From an uncultured Bacteroidaceae bacterium (GTDB lineage: Bacteria > Bacteroidota > Bacteroidia > Bacteroidales > GCA-2748055): a stretch of DNA of 64,000 nucleotides. A program made the translations under genes and the position numbers. Shown in pieces: positions 35,988 through 44,824 of the stretch (positions are counted from its first letter, which is position 1; each line of letters opens with the position of its first letter). Location: the NCBI GenBank assembly GCA_964528675.1, contig CAZGTU010000012.1, positions 6,477-70,476 of the forward strand. The letters run 5' to 3'. The notes under the pieces are model-generated. The model was not told where the DNA came from and did not search any database. It saw only the letters and a program-made list of their open reading frames with translations.

Positions 35988-36671
35988 ATGATTAAAACAG
36001 TAGAATTAACCAAGGTTTTCCGTACTGATGAAGTGGAAACCACCGCCTTGAATAAGGTGAATCTTGAAATATCAAATGGTGAATTTGTTGCCATAATGGG
36101 ACCTTCCGGCTGCGGTAAATCCACTCTTCTGAATATCCTGGGTTTACTTGATAATCCTACAGGCGGACAATTATTTTTTGTTGATAAGGATGTTACCAAA
36201 TATTCAGAAAGAAACAGGACTAATCTCCGGAAGTCGAATATCGGATTTGTTTTCCAGAGTTTTAACCTGATTGATGAATTGAATGTTTTTGAAAATGTTG
36301 AACTACCTTTATTGTATCAGCGTGTGTCTTCCGGAGACAGGAAAAAGCGAGTTGAAGAGGTTCTGGATAGGATGAAGATCTCTCATAGAAAGAAGCATTT
36401 TCCCCAGCAACTTTCCGGTGGTCAGCAACAAAGGGTTGCCATAGCAAGAGCCGTTGTTTCCAAGCCTAAACTTATCCTTGCTGATGAGCCTACCGGTAAC
36501 CTGGATTCTTCAAACGGAGAAGAGGTAATGAACCTTTTATCTGAGCTTAACCAGGAAGGTACCACGGTAATTATGGTTACACACTCTCCAACTGATGCTG
36601 ATAAAGCACACAGGATAATTCAATTATTTGACGGACATATTGTCACCGAAAATATTAAACAAAGGGTATAA
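35988..36671 (+). CDS. ABC transporter ATP-binding protein (MacB/LolD-type ATPase)
   Basis: Walker A GPSGCGKST, Q-loop, signature LSGGQQQRVAIARA, and Walker B ILADEPTGNLD. Confidence 0.92.
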   Translation: MIKTVELTKVFRTDEVETTALNKVNLEISNGEFVAIMGPSGCGKSTLLNILGLLDNPTGGQLFFVDKDVTKYSERNRTNLRKSNIGFVFQSFNLIDELNVFENVELPLLYQRVSSGDRKKRVEEVLDRMKISHRKKHFPQQLSGGQQQRVAIARAVVSKPKLILADEPTGNLDSSNGEEVMNLLSELNQEGTTVIMVTHSPTDADKAHRIIQLFDGHIVTENIKQRV

Positions 36672-36708
36672 GCAACACTGAAGTTGCAGTAACAGAAATC
36701 ATAACATC

Positions 36709-36996
36709 ATGAAGGATCTTTGTGTACCCATTCCGAATTTCGGAGATGAACAGTTTGCCGATATTGAAATTAAAGTAGGGAAGAAGCGTTTGAATTTCAA
36801 TTATCGGGTGGTTTCCTTTCCATGGGATGTGGAAGATGATCTTACAGCCGGTAGTGACGAACTGGAATTATCGCTTGCCCGAATTTATCGTCTGAAAAAA
36901 GCCATTGAAGGTTACGATGAGAACTGGGAACTTATTCAGATATACAATCCTGCTGAAAATGCTTCACATATTCAGGTACTTTACAGAAAGAAATAA
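36709..36996 (+). CDS. hypothetical 95-aa protein inside the efflux operon
   Basis: ATG lies 37 nt after the ATPase stop, and the stop lies 7 nt before the TolC ATG. No signal peptide or transmembrane segment. No family recognised. Confidence 0.45.
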   Translation: MKDLCVPIPNFGDEQFADIEIKVGKKRLNFNYRVVSFPWDVEDDLTAGSDELELSLARIYRLKKAIEGYDENWELIQIYNPAENASHIQVLYRKK

Positions 36997-37003
36997 TTTT
37001 TAT

Positions 37004-38344
37004 ATGAAAAATTTGATTTCATTATTTTTTGGATTAGTAATATTTTCTTTGAATACCAGGGCGCAGGAAGATGTCTGGACGCTCGAGAGATGTATTAATC
37101 ATGCTTTGCAAAACAATCTTGATATTAAGCGCCAGGAATTACAGGCTGAATTGACTCAACAGGATTATCGTCAGGATAAATTCAATTTACTTCCAGGTAT
37201 TGGCGCAGGGATCGAACACCAACTGAGTACCGGTCGCTCTCTGAACATTGAAAATTATGAATGGGAAGACCGAAGCAAACAACAGGGGTCTGCCGGGGTT
37301 CGCGCTGATCTTACTTTATTCAACGGATTGCAGAATTACAATACAATTCAGAGAGGTAAGTTTCTTTTTCTGAGCAGTGAGGCTGATCTGGAAACTTTGA
37401 AGAATGATATGACTCTCAAACTTGCGGCTTATTACCTGGATATTCTTTTTTCCCGTGAACTGGTGGAAGTTGCAGAAAGTCAGTATGAAGTTACCATGAT
37501 GCAGGTTGAGAGAAATAAAAGACTTGTTGAGGTGGGTAATGCAGCGCGCTCAGAATTGCTCGAGATGCAAGCCCAGGCTGCATCTGAAAAGTTAAAACTA
37601 ACCGAGGCTAAAAACACGCTGGAGATTGCTATACTTGACCTGACGCAATTACTTGACCTGGATTCTGTAGGAAACTTTACTGTTTATAAACCGGATATTA
37701 ATTTAGAACTCTTAGAATCTCCTCCTTCAGTAACCCAAATATATCAAAACGCAGTGAGTGCTATGCCTGAGATCCGCAGCGCGGAGTATATGACGAAAGC
37801 CCAGGAGAAAGCGGTGGCTGTTGCAAAAGGAGGGCGTTCGCCGGAAATAAGTCTGAGTGGTCTCTATTATTCACGTTACCTTGTAGATGCAACAAATCCC
37901 ATTGATGCTGCAGCGGGTTATCCCCTTGAACAACAATTGGAAGATAATCAATATAGGCAATTGACAATCAATATGAGTATACCTATCTTTTCAAAGTTGC
38001 AAAAACAAACAAATATAAGTAAGTCCAAAATCCAGCTCGAGGATTATAATTATATGCTGCAACAGGAGAAACAGATCCTGTATAAGAAAATTCAGCAATA
38101 TCATGCCGATGCTACTGCTGCATGGGAAAAGTATCTTTCCGCTTTGGAAGCTGTTAATTCAAATGAGGAAGCTTTTAATTATACACAGCAAAAATTTGAA
38201 GTTGGTCTGGTTAACTCTGTTGATTTCAATATAGCAAAAACCGATTTGACACGTGCCCGGTCAGATCTTGCCCAGGCCAAATATGAATATATTTTTAAGA
38301 TCAAGATCCTGGAATTCTATCAAGGCAAACCCATACAATTATAA
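37004..38344 (+). CDS. TolC family outer membrane efflux protein
   Basis: Signal peptide MKNLISLFFGLVIFSLNTRAQ and OEP repeats (LERCINHALQNNLDIK...). ATG 37004 is preferred over the overlapping track start at 36905. Confidence 0.87.
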   Translation: MKNLISLFFGLVIFSLNTRAQEDVWTLERCINHALQNNLDIKRQELQAELTQQDYRQDKFNLLPGIGAGIEHQLSTGRSLNIENYEWEDRSKQQGSAGVRADLTLFNGLQNYNTIQRGKFLFLSSEADLETLKNDMTLKLAAYYLDILFSRELVEVAESQYEVTMMQVERNKRLVEVGNAARSELLEMQAQAASEKLKLTEAKNTLEIAILDLTQLLDLDSVGNFTVYKPDINLELLESPPSVTQIYQNAVSAMPEIRSAEYMTKAQEKAVAVAKGGRSPEISLSGLYYSRYLVDATNPIDAAAGYPLEQQLEDNQYRQLTINMSIPIFSKLQKQTNISKSKIQLEDYNYMLQQEKQILYKKIQQYHADATAAWEKYLSALEAVNSNEEAFNYTQQKFEVGLVNSVDFNIAKTDLTRARSDLAQAKYEYIFKIKILEFYQGKPIQL

Positions 38345-38380
38345 TTTCTTGCTGATCTCATCAGCAATAAACCTTAAAAG

Positions 38381-38410
38381 CCATTTCATGAAAGTGAAAT
38401 GGTTTTTTTT
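38381..38410 (+). terminator. intrinsic terminator after the TolC gene
   Basis: CCATTTCA-TGAAAG-TGAAATGG followed by 8 T. It is preceded by a second hairpin TTGCTGAT-CTC-ATCAGCAA at 38349-38367. Confidence 0.65.
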
Positions 38411-38524
38411 ACCAATCAGGCAGGGTTTATTAGGAATCTTTATTTATGGTATATTATTCCATATTTTTCAGGAACAAAATCTCTTTTGTTCCGTAATCAT
38501 TTCAAGGTGATAAAAATCCTTGCT

Positions 38525-39082
38525 TTGAAAAAGAATATACTATTTCTGGTTTTTCTATCGAGCCTTGCTCTGAATTCATACACACAGGTATTTAATACCG
38601 GTAGCCTTTTAAAACCCGGAACTTTCTCATTAGGCTTAAATCCCGTGGTGACAGATGAAAAACTTGAAAATGATATCCGTTTTAATATTTACGGTAGTTA
38701 TGGATTGAGTCAGAGAGTGGATGTTTCCGTGAGATATCAGCTTATGGAGCATAAAGACTATTTTGGGGCTGATTTTGAGTTCGCACTCCATAAGGGTCGT
38801 AAGGTTGATGTATCTCTTGTCGCAGGAGCACATGTTCGCTATGACATAGGATTGGATGGAACAGTTTGTGTATCTTTTCCGCTAAATTATTTTTTGACAT
38901 TATTTACCGGGCTTGATGCTGACCTCGAGCTTGGTGATGATGAGACTGAACATTTTATATGGATTCCCCTGGGGGCAGAGGTCAAATGGACCCGAAAAAT
39001 TTCTGCTATCCTGGAGGTAGACATTCCCATGTCTAATTTTGCGTGGAATATTTTTGGGGGCGGTCTGGTATTCTATTTTTAG
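38525..39082 (+). CDS. small outer-membrane beta-barrel-like protein (hypothetical)
   Basis: From TTG 38525 the product starts MKKNILFLVFLSSLALNSYTQ (signal peptide). It shows alternating beta-strand patterns and ends with an aromatic OMP-type C-terminus (...GLVFYF). The track ATG at 38399 lies inside the upstream terminator hairpin. Confidence 0.5.
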   Translation: MKKNILFLVFLSSLALNSYTQVFNTGSLLKPGTFSLGLNPVVTDEKLENDIRFNIYGSYGLSQRVDVSVRYQLMEHKDYFGADFEFALHKGRKVDVSLVAGAHVRYDIGLDGTVCVSFPLNYFLTLFTGLDADLELGDDETEHFIWIPLGAEVKWTRKISAILEVDIPMSNFAWNIFGGGLVFYF

Positions 39083-39218
39083 CCTGAGTTAACTCTGATC
39101 CCGCTTTGCAGGATAGCCATTCACCGAATAGGTGATGTGAAATGCTTACCCCGAATATAGATTCGGAACAGGCTTTTTTCTTCGTCGATTGAGCGTAATC
39201 GATCAATTTGGGTTCAGG

Positions 39219-39716
39219 TTAAAAAACCTTCAATTCCATGCATCGAAAAGGATGTTTCTGGTAATCAAAATGCACATTACCCACAGGTTCATAACCGCAT
39301 TTTTCGTATAATCTTATCGCTGAAGGATTTTTTGTAATGGCATCAAGGCGGATGGAATTATAACCTTTTTCCTTGGCATAGTTGTAGGAAAAATCCATTA
39401 TTTTTTCAGCAATTTTCTCATTCCTCCAGTCCGGATGCACCGCCAGACGGTGAACATACAGGCATGGACCTTTGTGTTTCCAGTTAATTTGATCGTAGCC
39501 TTCGGGTGCTTCTGCATTCAGGCAAACCACCGCTATGCTTGTATGATGATATTGATAAAGGAACAGATCTCCCTTTTCAATGTCCGATTCTACTTCCTCC
39601 GGATCAGGATAAGCGGTATTCCAGTTATACAGGCCTTCCCTGTTCATTCCAGGAATACAACTTTTATATATGAACATCGCTTCAAGGAAGTGAGATGGAA
39701 TAGCTTTGATGATCAT
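39219..39716 (-). CDS. GNAT family N-acetyltransferase
   Basis: 165 aa with the acetyl-CoA binding region LAVHPDWRNEKIAEKIM and a C-terminal YEKCGY motif. Confidence 0.85.
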   Translation of the reverse strand: MIIKAIPSHFLEAMFIYKSCIPGMNREGLYNWNTAYPDPEEVESDIEKGDLFLYQYHHTSIAVVCLNAEAPEGYDQINWKHKGPCLYVHRLAVHPDWRNEKIAEKIMDFSYNYAKEKGYNSIRLDAITKNPSAIRLYEKCGYEPVGNVHFDYQKHPFRCMELKVF

Positions 39717-39728
39717 AAAAAAGAATAG

Positions 39729-41366
39729 TTATTTTACAGAGGAATAGACTTTTTCTCCGTCCATCCAGGTTTCAAGCACTTTGATCTTGAATAATTTTTC
39801 CTCACCGGTCTCCATCAGGTCTTTTTCAAGAATTACAAAGTCTGCCATTTTACCGACTTCCAGACTCCCTTTTTCATCTTCTTCAAAAGCAGCTTTTGCA
39901 GCCCATATTGTCATTGCCCTGAGGGCTTGTTCACGGGTGAGTGCTTCCTCCGGCTGGAAGCCATTTTCCGGGTATCCTTCCTGATCTTTGCGAACTACAG
40001 CAGCATAAAAACCATATAAAGGATTTATATCTTCCACCGGGAAATCGCTGCCGTTTGGAAGCCAGCCATTTTCCTTCAAAAGGGTTTGATAAGCGTAGGC
40101 ATATTGAATTCTGTCTCCCAACCTTTCATCAGCCCAATACATGTCGGATGTTGCATGAGTGGTCTGGATGGAAGGAATTATAGAGTATTTTCCAAAAAGC
40201 TTAAAGTCTTCCGGATGAATAATCTGCGCATGTTCTATCCTCCACCTTTTGTCATTTTTACGATTTAAAATATCGCCATAAATATTCAGTATTAGCCGGT
40301 TGGCTCCATCACCAATGCAATGCGTGTTCACCTGGTAGCCGCAAGAATCAGCCAGGCGTGAGATCCTTTCCAGGTAACTCGCTGAAGCAATTAATAAACC
40401 CTTATAATCAATATCATCACTATAAGGTTCAACAAGCAGCGCTCCCCGGGAACCAAGAGCTCCGTCAGCATATAATTTGACTGACGCCACATGCAGTCGA
40501 TCTGTTTTATAGATCCCATTGTACATGTAGGTTTCGAAGTTTTCCTCGGTGGGATTTAGCATGGCATATATCCGGGTCTTGAGCTCGTTGGCAGTATTGA
40601 GTTTATCTATTGTTTTAATCACCTCAGTGTCAAGACCAGCATCATGAACAGAAGTCAGACCTACTTTGAAGCAATTCTCCTGCGCCGAGAGTAAAGCTGT
40701 TCTGATTTCTTCCTTTCCTGGTTTTGGTATATTTTTTCTTACAAGGTCAATGGCATTGTCAATCAATACACCTGTCATTTTACCATTTTGGGTGAGAATT
40801 TCACCTCCTTCGATTTCAGTCCGGGGATTGATTGCGGCAATTTCAAGTGCTGCAGTATTTGCTACGGCCGCATGTCCGTCTATCCTCCTGATCAGTACGG
40901 GACGGTTCGGGAAAAGACTGTCAAGACTGGTATTGTCAGGGAACTCCTTTATTCCCCAGTCATTTTGATCCCATCCCATACCGGTTATCCATCCTTCCGG
41001 ATATTTTTCTGCATGTTCAGATAATCTATCCAGTATTTCATTAAAAGATGTGGTTCCGAAAAGATTTGCTTCCCTCAGGCTCAGGCCATAACCATAAAAG
41101 TGACAGTGTGGATCAATAAATCCGGGATAAACCGGCTTGCCTCCCAGATCAATGATGGTTTCAGAATTGTAATTATTTTCTATTTCTTCATTGCTACCCA
41201 GGGCCAGAATTTTTCCCTCATTAATAACCATGCTTTCATATATGTCAAAATTATCATTGACACTGTAAATTTTTGCATTCTTAATGATCATATCTGTCTC
41301 CGTTTTCTGACCGCAGCTATAAAATAGGGCGGTTAACATTATTAGAATAAGTCTGAGTTTCATCAA
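39729..41366 (-). CDS. amidohydrolase family protein (Amidohydro_3-type metal-dependent hydrolase), lipoprotein
   Basis: Lipobox LFYSC, metal-binding PGFIDPHCHF, and downstream H and D motifs (HCIGD, HAQI, GSDFPVE). Confidence 0.87.
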   Translation of the reverse strand: MMKLRLILIMLTALFYSCGQKTETDMIIKNAKIYSVNDNFDIYESMVINEGKILALGSNEEIENNYNSETIIDLGGKPVYPGFIDPHCHFYGYGLSLREANLFGTTSFNEILDRLSEHAEKYPEGWITGMGWDQNDWGIKEFPDNTSLDSLFPNRPVLIRRIDGHAAVANTAALEIAAINPRTEIEGGEILTQNGKMTGVLIDNAIDLVRKNIPKPGKEEIRTALLSAQENCFKVGLTSVHDAGLDTEVIKTIDKLNTANELKTRIYAMLNPTEENFETYMYNGIYKTDRLHVASVKLYADGALGSRGALLVEPYSDDIDYKGLLIASASYLERISRLADSCGYQVNTHCIGDGANRLILNIYGDILNRKNDKRWRIEHAQIIHPEDFKLFGKYSIIPSIQTTHATSDMYWADERLGDRIQYAYAYQTLLKENGWLPNGSDFPVEDINPLYGFYAAVVRKDQEGYPENGFQPEEALTREQALRAMTIWAAKAAFEEDEKGSLEVGKMADFVILEKDLMETGEEKLFKIKVLETWMDGEKVYSSVK

Positions 41367-41481
41367 TAAATGATTAGATGATTACACATAAAAAGCCTTT
41401 ATGGCTAAATTTGTTCAAATAAATATTCGACAAATTTAACAGGCTTTTTTTATTTTATAATCTTAAGAACCGTCTCAATGC

Positions 41482-44400
41482 TTATTTAATATAAAGTTTT
41501 GCTTGATAAACTTTATCTGTCACCACCCTGATAAAATAAATTCCTTCTGCAAGGTTTTCTCGTCTTAAGATAAATTCATCAGTTGTTTCGGAATATTCCT
41601 CTTTCATGATTTTTCCCTGTAGGTTGTAAACAATGATCCTCGCAGGATTCGTATTCTTCGATTCCCATTTGATTAAAGCTTCAGTATGGAAAGGATTCGG
41701 AGATATGCTTAACTCACCAAAAGAATTTTCGTCAATATTTGTTGTCTTAAGCGTATTATCTTCCAGGTTTGAAAGGGAATGTACGAAGGGTCCCGATCCG
41801 GCTTTTTTATCCTCCGGCAGGGTAACAAAACAGGCATCGGTTTTCCTGGCTTCAATTTTATAGAATTTTCTGTTTCCGGGATCAATATCATTCCATTCAG
41901 TGAAACTCCCCGAAATTTTAAATACCACTTCCATCTCATCGGCTTTTTCTCCAGCCCAGATGTAATACCATACCGGCTCAAACACGCCGCTTTCGTCTAC
42001 ATAAGGAGTCCAGTCCAGTATTTTGGTGCCGGGCTCAACTCCTTCCGACGATCCCAGGTGAATGGTTTGATGATAACTGCTGAAATCAGATTCATTCCCG
42101 CAGGTGTCTATTACTGTGATGGCATATCGGGCAGCAAGAGCGTCTGGATTCGAAAAATAATCAATGTAATAGGAATATTTTTCATTGTATGGCACATTGC
42201 CTATCGGAACATAATTATTGCCGTATAGTTTATAAATATTGTAAGACTGGATTCCGGCATCGGGAGTTCTTTCCCAGATTATCATGTTCTTGTTGACAGA
42301 GGAATCCACTGTAACCATGCATATTTCCGCATCCGGATAGGGTTCTGAAGCAATTATTTCGACAGAGTCTGAAACTGTTGTACATTGACCATTGGAAACC
42401 GTTACATAGAAGATACCGGTTGTATCCGTAAATATTTTTTTCTTTTGTAAGCCATTATTCCAACTGAAACTATATTCCAGTTCCGGGTTATAATTATCCA
42501 ACTCAACAGAGATGCTCTGAAAATCACCCTTACAAATGTATTTTTCACCGACCGGTTGTATTGTAAGTTTGGGTGATTCAAGAACAATAATGGTTTTTAC
42601 TACTTCAGCAGACAAATTATCATTGTAAACCCTTAATTTTACTTCATACTTTCCTTTTTTGGTAAATTGATGCTCCAGGTCACGTGTAGTGTAATCTACA
42701 GTACCATCATTGTGAATATCCCATTCGTAACGGGTTAATTCATCTGTATTTTCACTTGTATTCGTAAAAACCGTTGGTTCGGGTAAACAGGTTATTTGTG
42801 TTTCAAAATCGGGTTTCGGAGCTGTAACAGTTAATTTTGAAATGCCGTAATAGCCTGAGGTGAACCATATATTTCCCTGTTTATCGATAGCAATATTCTT
42901 CACAGAATTCTCAATGAGTCCATCATCAACCGTGAATGTACGTAAATTGGTTCCATCGAACTTTATTCCCCCGGAACTGCTTGCCATCCAGATATTTCCA
43001 TGATCATCGGCTGTTAGTTTATTACAATACATTGGTACTGAAAAGTTATCAAAATTCTTTCTGTCAAATTTTGATAAGTTAAATCCTGTTAGAGTCCAAA
43101 GAGTTCCTTTTTTATCAAATGTGACAGCATTGGCATTATTCGAGGGTAGTCCGTTATCAGTGGTAAAATTTTCACCACTGAAATCCATATAGTTTAAATA
43201 GCCTATCCCCCCACCGGCAGTGCTGTACCAGATCCTGTTATCTCCTTTTACGGCAACACCGGTGATATCATTGAGGGGTAGATCGCTATTGGAGGCTGTA
43301 GCCTTATTGTAAAAACTATTAGAGGCATTAAATAAATAAAGTCCTTGTTCTGTGGCGATCCAGAAAATATTATTGACATCATCGAAAGCAACATCTCTTA
43401 CAAACATATCATTCCATTCAGTCGTGATAGCGTTCGAGATTGTATAGCAATTTGCATTATCCTCAGCGTCCATTTTGACTACCTTTAATCTGTCGTCATA
43501 ACCCAGAAAGGAATACCAGGTATTGTTATTTTTATCCACAACAAGGTGTTTGACCCAGGCGTAACCGCAACCCCCATTAGCGTAAAATTCCCTGAAAAAT
43601 GTTCCGTCATATCCAATAACGTAATTATATTGTCCCAACATCCTGGATGTTCCGTCATTTAAGAAGACAATATCTTCCACATAATTACTTTGAACAGCAT
43701 TAATTTCAATCCTTGGCGTCCATCCTGACTGACTTTCATTGACTTTTGCCAAACCATTAAAACTACCCAGCCATACGGTTCCGCTTGCATCTGCCATAAT
43801 ATCCAGTACCCAGTCCATCTTGTCTCCCGAATCGCCTGATTTGATGGGTCCTGTGAAAGTGCTACCATCATATTTATAGGCACCGGCTGAAGTCCCGAGC
43901 CAAACATTGCCTTCGCCGTCCATGGAGATGCTAAAGGTATTGGTTGGTAATTCTGAGCTAAAGTCCTGCCAATGGTTTGTATGGGGATTATATTTAAACG
44001 CCCCACCGTAATAGGCAATCCATATATTCCCATTCAGGTCCTTTGCTATATCGTAGGGCCCTGTATCCACACCCAGTTTGTTCCATGGATCCGTGATTTC
44101 CTCTATTATACCTTCTTCATTCATCTTCCAGAGGGCTCCGTTGATCCCGGGAACGCCGAACCACATATTCCCGAGGTCATCACTTAAAATTGACCCTACA
44201 TACCATTCACCATTCAGATCGATCAATTCCCAGTTTTCACCATCAAATTTCACCACCTGTCCATCATTAACACCAAACCAAATATTTCCGTCAATATCTT
44301 CCGTTATTGTTTCACATCGCCATATTCTTTCACCTCCCACCTCGTTTATGGTTAACCACTCTTCACCATTAAATCTTGAGACTCCTCCCTGGTATGTTCC

Positions 44401-44673
44401 AAACCAATAATTACCGTAAAAATCTATGTAAATTGTTTTAACTACATTCCTTGCAATGCCACTGTTTCCGGTGTTAAAGACAGTTACCATTGAACCGTCG
44501 CTTTTCTTTCTTTTAAAAACGCCTCCGGAGGTGCAAACCCAGATATAATCCCCCTCTTCAGACAGGTAATTAATCTGGTTTATGTCGGTATAGTTCGTGA
44601 TCTTATATTGTCCTTTCACCTGTATTAAAAAAGCAAACAGGATTGTTGAAATAATAAGAATCTTTTTTTTCAT
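41482..44673 (-). CDS. T9SS-sorted large surface protein with two-component-regulator propeller repeats and a PKD-like domain
   Basis: 1063 aa with a signal peptide and many repeats of the G..W.GT..G type (Reg_prop-like). A PKD-like segment (FTNTSENTDELTRYEWDIHNDGTVDYT). C-terminal T9SS type A sorting domain (ISPNPFHTEALIKW...GIYFIRVVTDKVYQAKLYIK). Confidence 0.8.
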   Translation of the reverse strand: MKKKILIISTILFAFLIQVKGQYKITNYTDINQINYLSEEGDYIWVCTSGGVFKRKKSDGSMVTVFNTGNSGIARNVVKTIYIDFYGNYWFGTYQGGVSRFNGEEWLTINEVGGERIWRCETITEDIDGNIWFGVNDGQVVKFDGENWELIDLNGEWYVGSILSDDLGNMWFGVPGINGALWKMNEEGIIEEITDPWNKLGVDTGPYDIAKDLNGNIWIAYYGGAFKYNPHTNHWQDFSSELPTNTFSISMDGEGNVWLGTSAGAYKYDGSTFTGPIKSGDSGDKMDWVLDIMADASGTVWLGSFNGLAKVNESQSGWTPRIEINAVQSNYVEDIVFLNDGTSRMLGQYNYVIGYDGTFFREFYANGGCGYAWVKHLVVDKNNNTWYSFLGYDDRLKVVKMDAEDNANCYTISNAITTEWNDMFVRDVAFDDVNNIFWIATEQGLYLFNASNSFYNKATASNSDLPLNDITGVAVKGDNRIWYSTAGGGIGYLNYMDFSGENFTTDNGLPSNNANAVTFDKKGTLWTLTGFNLSKFDRKNFDNFSVPMYCNKLTADDHGNIWMASSSGGIKFDGTNLRTFTVDDGLIENSVKNIAIDKQGNIWFTSGYYGISKLTVTAPKPDFETQITCLPEPTVFTNTSENTDELTRYEWDIHNDGTVDYTTRDLEHQFTKKGKYEVKLRVYNDNLSAEVVKTIIVLESPKLTIQPVGEKYICKGDFQSISVELDNYNPELEYSFSWNNGLQKKKIFTDTTGIFYVTVSNGQCTTVSDSVEIIASEPYPDAEICMVTVDSSVNKNMIIWERTPDAGIQSYNIYKLYGNNYVPIGNVPYNEKYSYYIDYFSNPDALAARYAITVIDTCGNESDFSSYHQTIHLGSSEGVEPGTKILDWTPYVDESGVFEPVWYYIWAGEKADEMEVVFKISGSFTEWNDIDPGNRKFYKIEARKTDACFVTLPEDKKAGSGPFVHSLSNLEDNTLKTTNIDENSFGELSISPNPFHTEALIKWESKNTNPARIIVYNLQGKIMKEEYSETTDEFILRRENLAEGIYFIRVVTDKVYQAKLYIK

Positions 44674-44824
44674 GATTTTAGGTTTAGGCTTGAAGGATCT
44701 TATTAAAGATAATAGACATAGATTATCTGATAAACCGGGAATAATAAAATGATTACTAAAACAATCAATTTATATTTATCCCGTTATTTTACCGATTTAA
44801 ACATTATTTTTGCGTATACTTTTT

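Noticed and set aside
36905-37003. N-terminal extension of the TolC ORF that overlaps the 95-aa ORF
   Set aside because: The extension encodes no signal peptide, whereas ATG 37004 gives a canonical one (MKNLISLFFGLVIFSLNTRAQ). The extension is a read-through of the open frame.
38399-38524. ATG 38399 as the start of the small OMP-like gene
   Set aside because: This ATG lies inside the terminator hairpin and T-run of the TolC operon, and the encoded 42 residues lack signal-peptide character. TTG 38525 yields a proper signal peptide.
44805-44812. TATTTTTG -7-like box upstream of the beta-helix lipoprotein gene
   Set aside because: It matches TAnnTTTG but would leave a leader of only about 5-10 nt before ATG 44825, and there is no -33 element. 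It is not reported as a feature.
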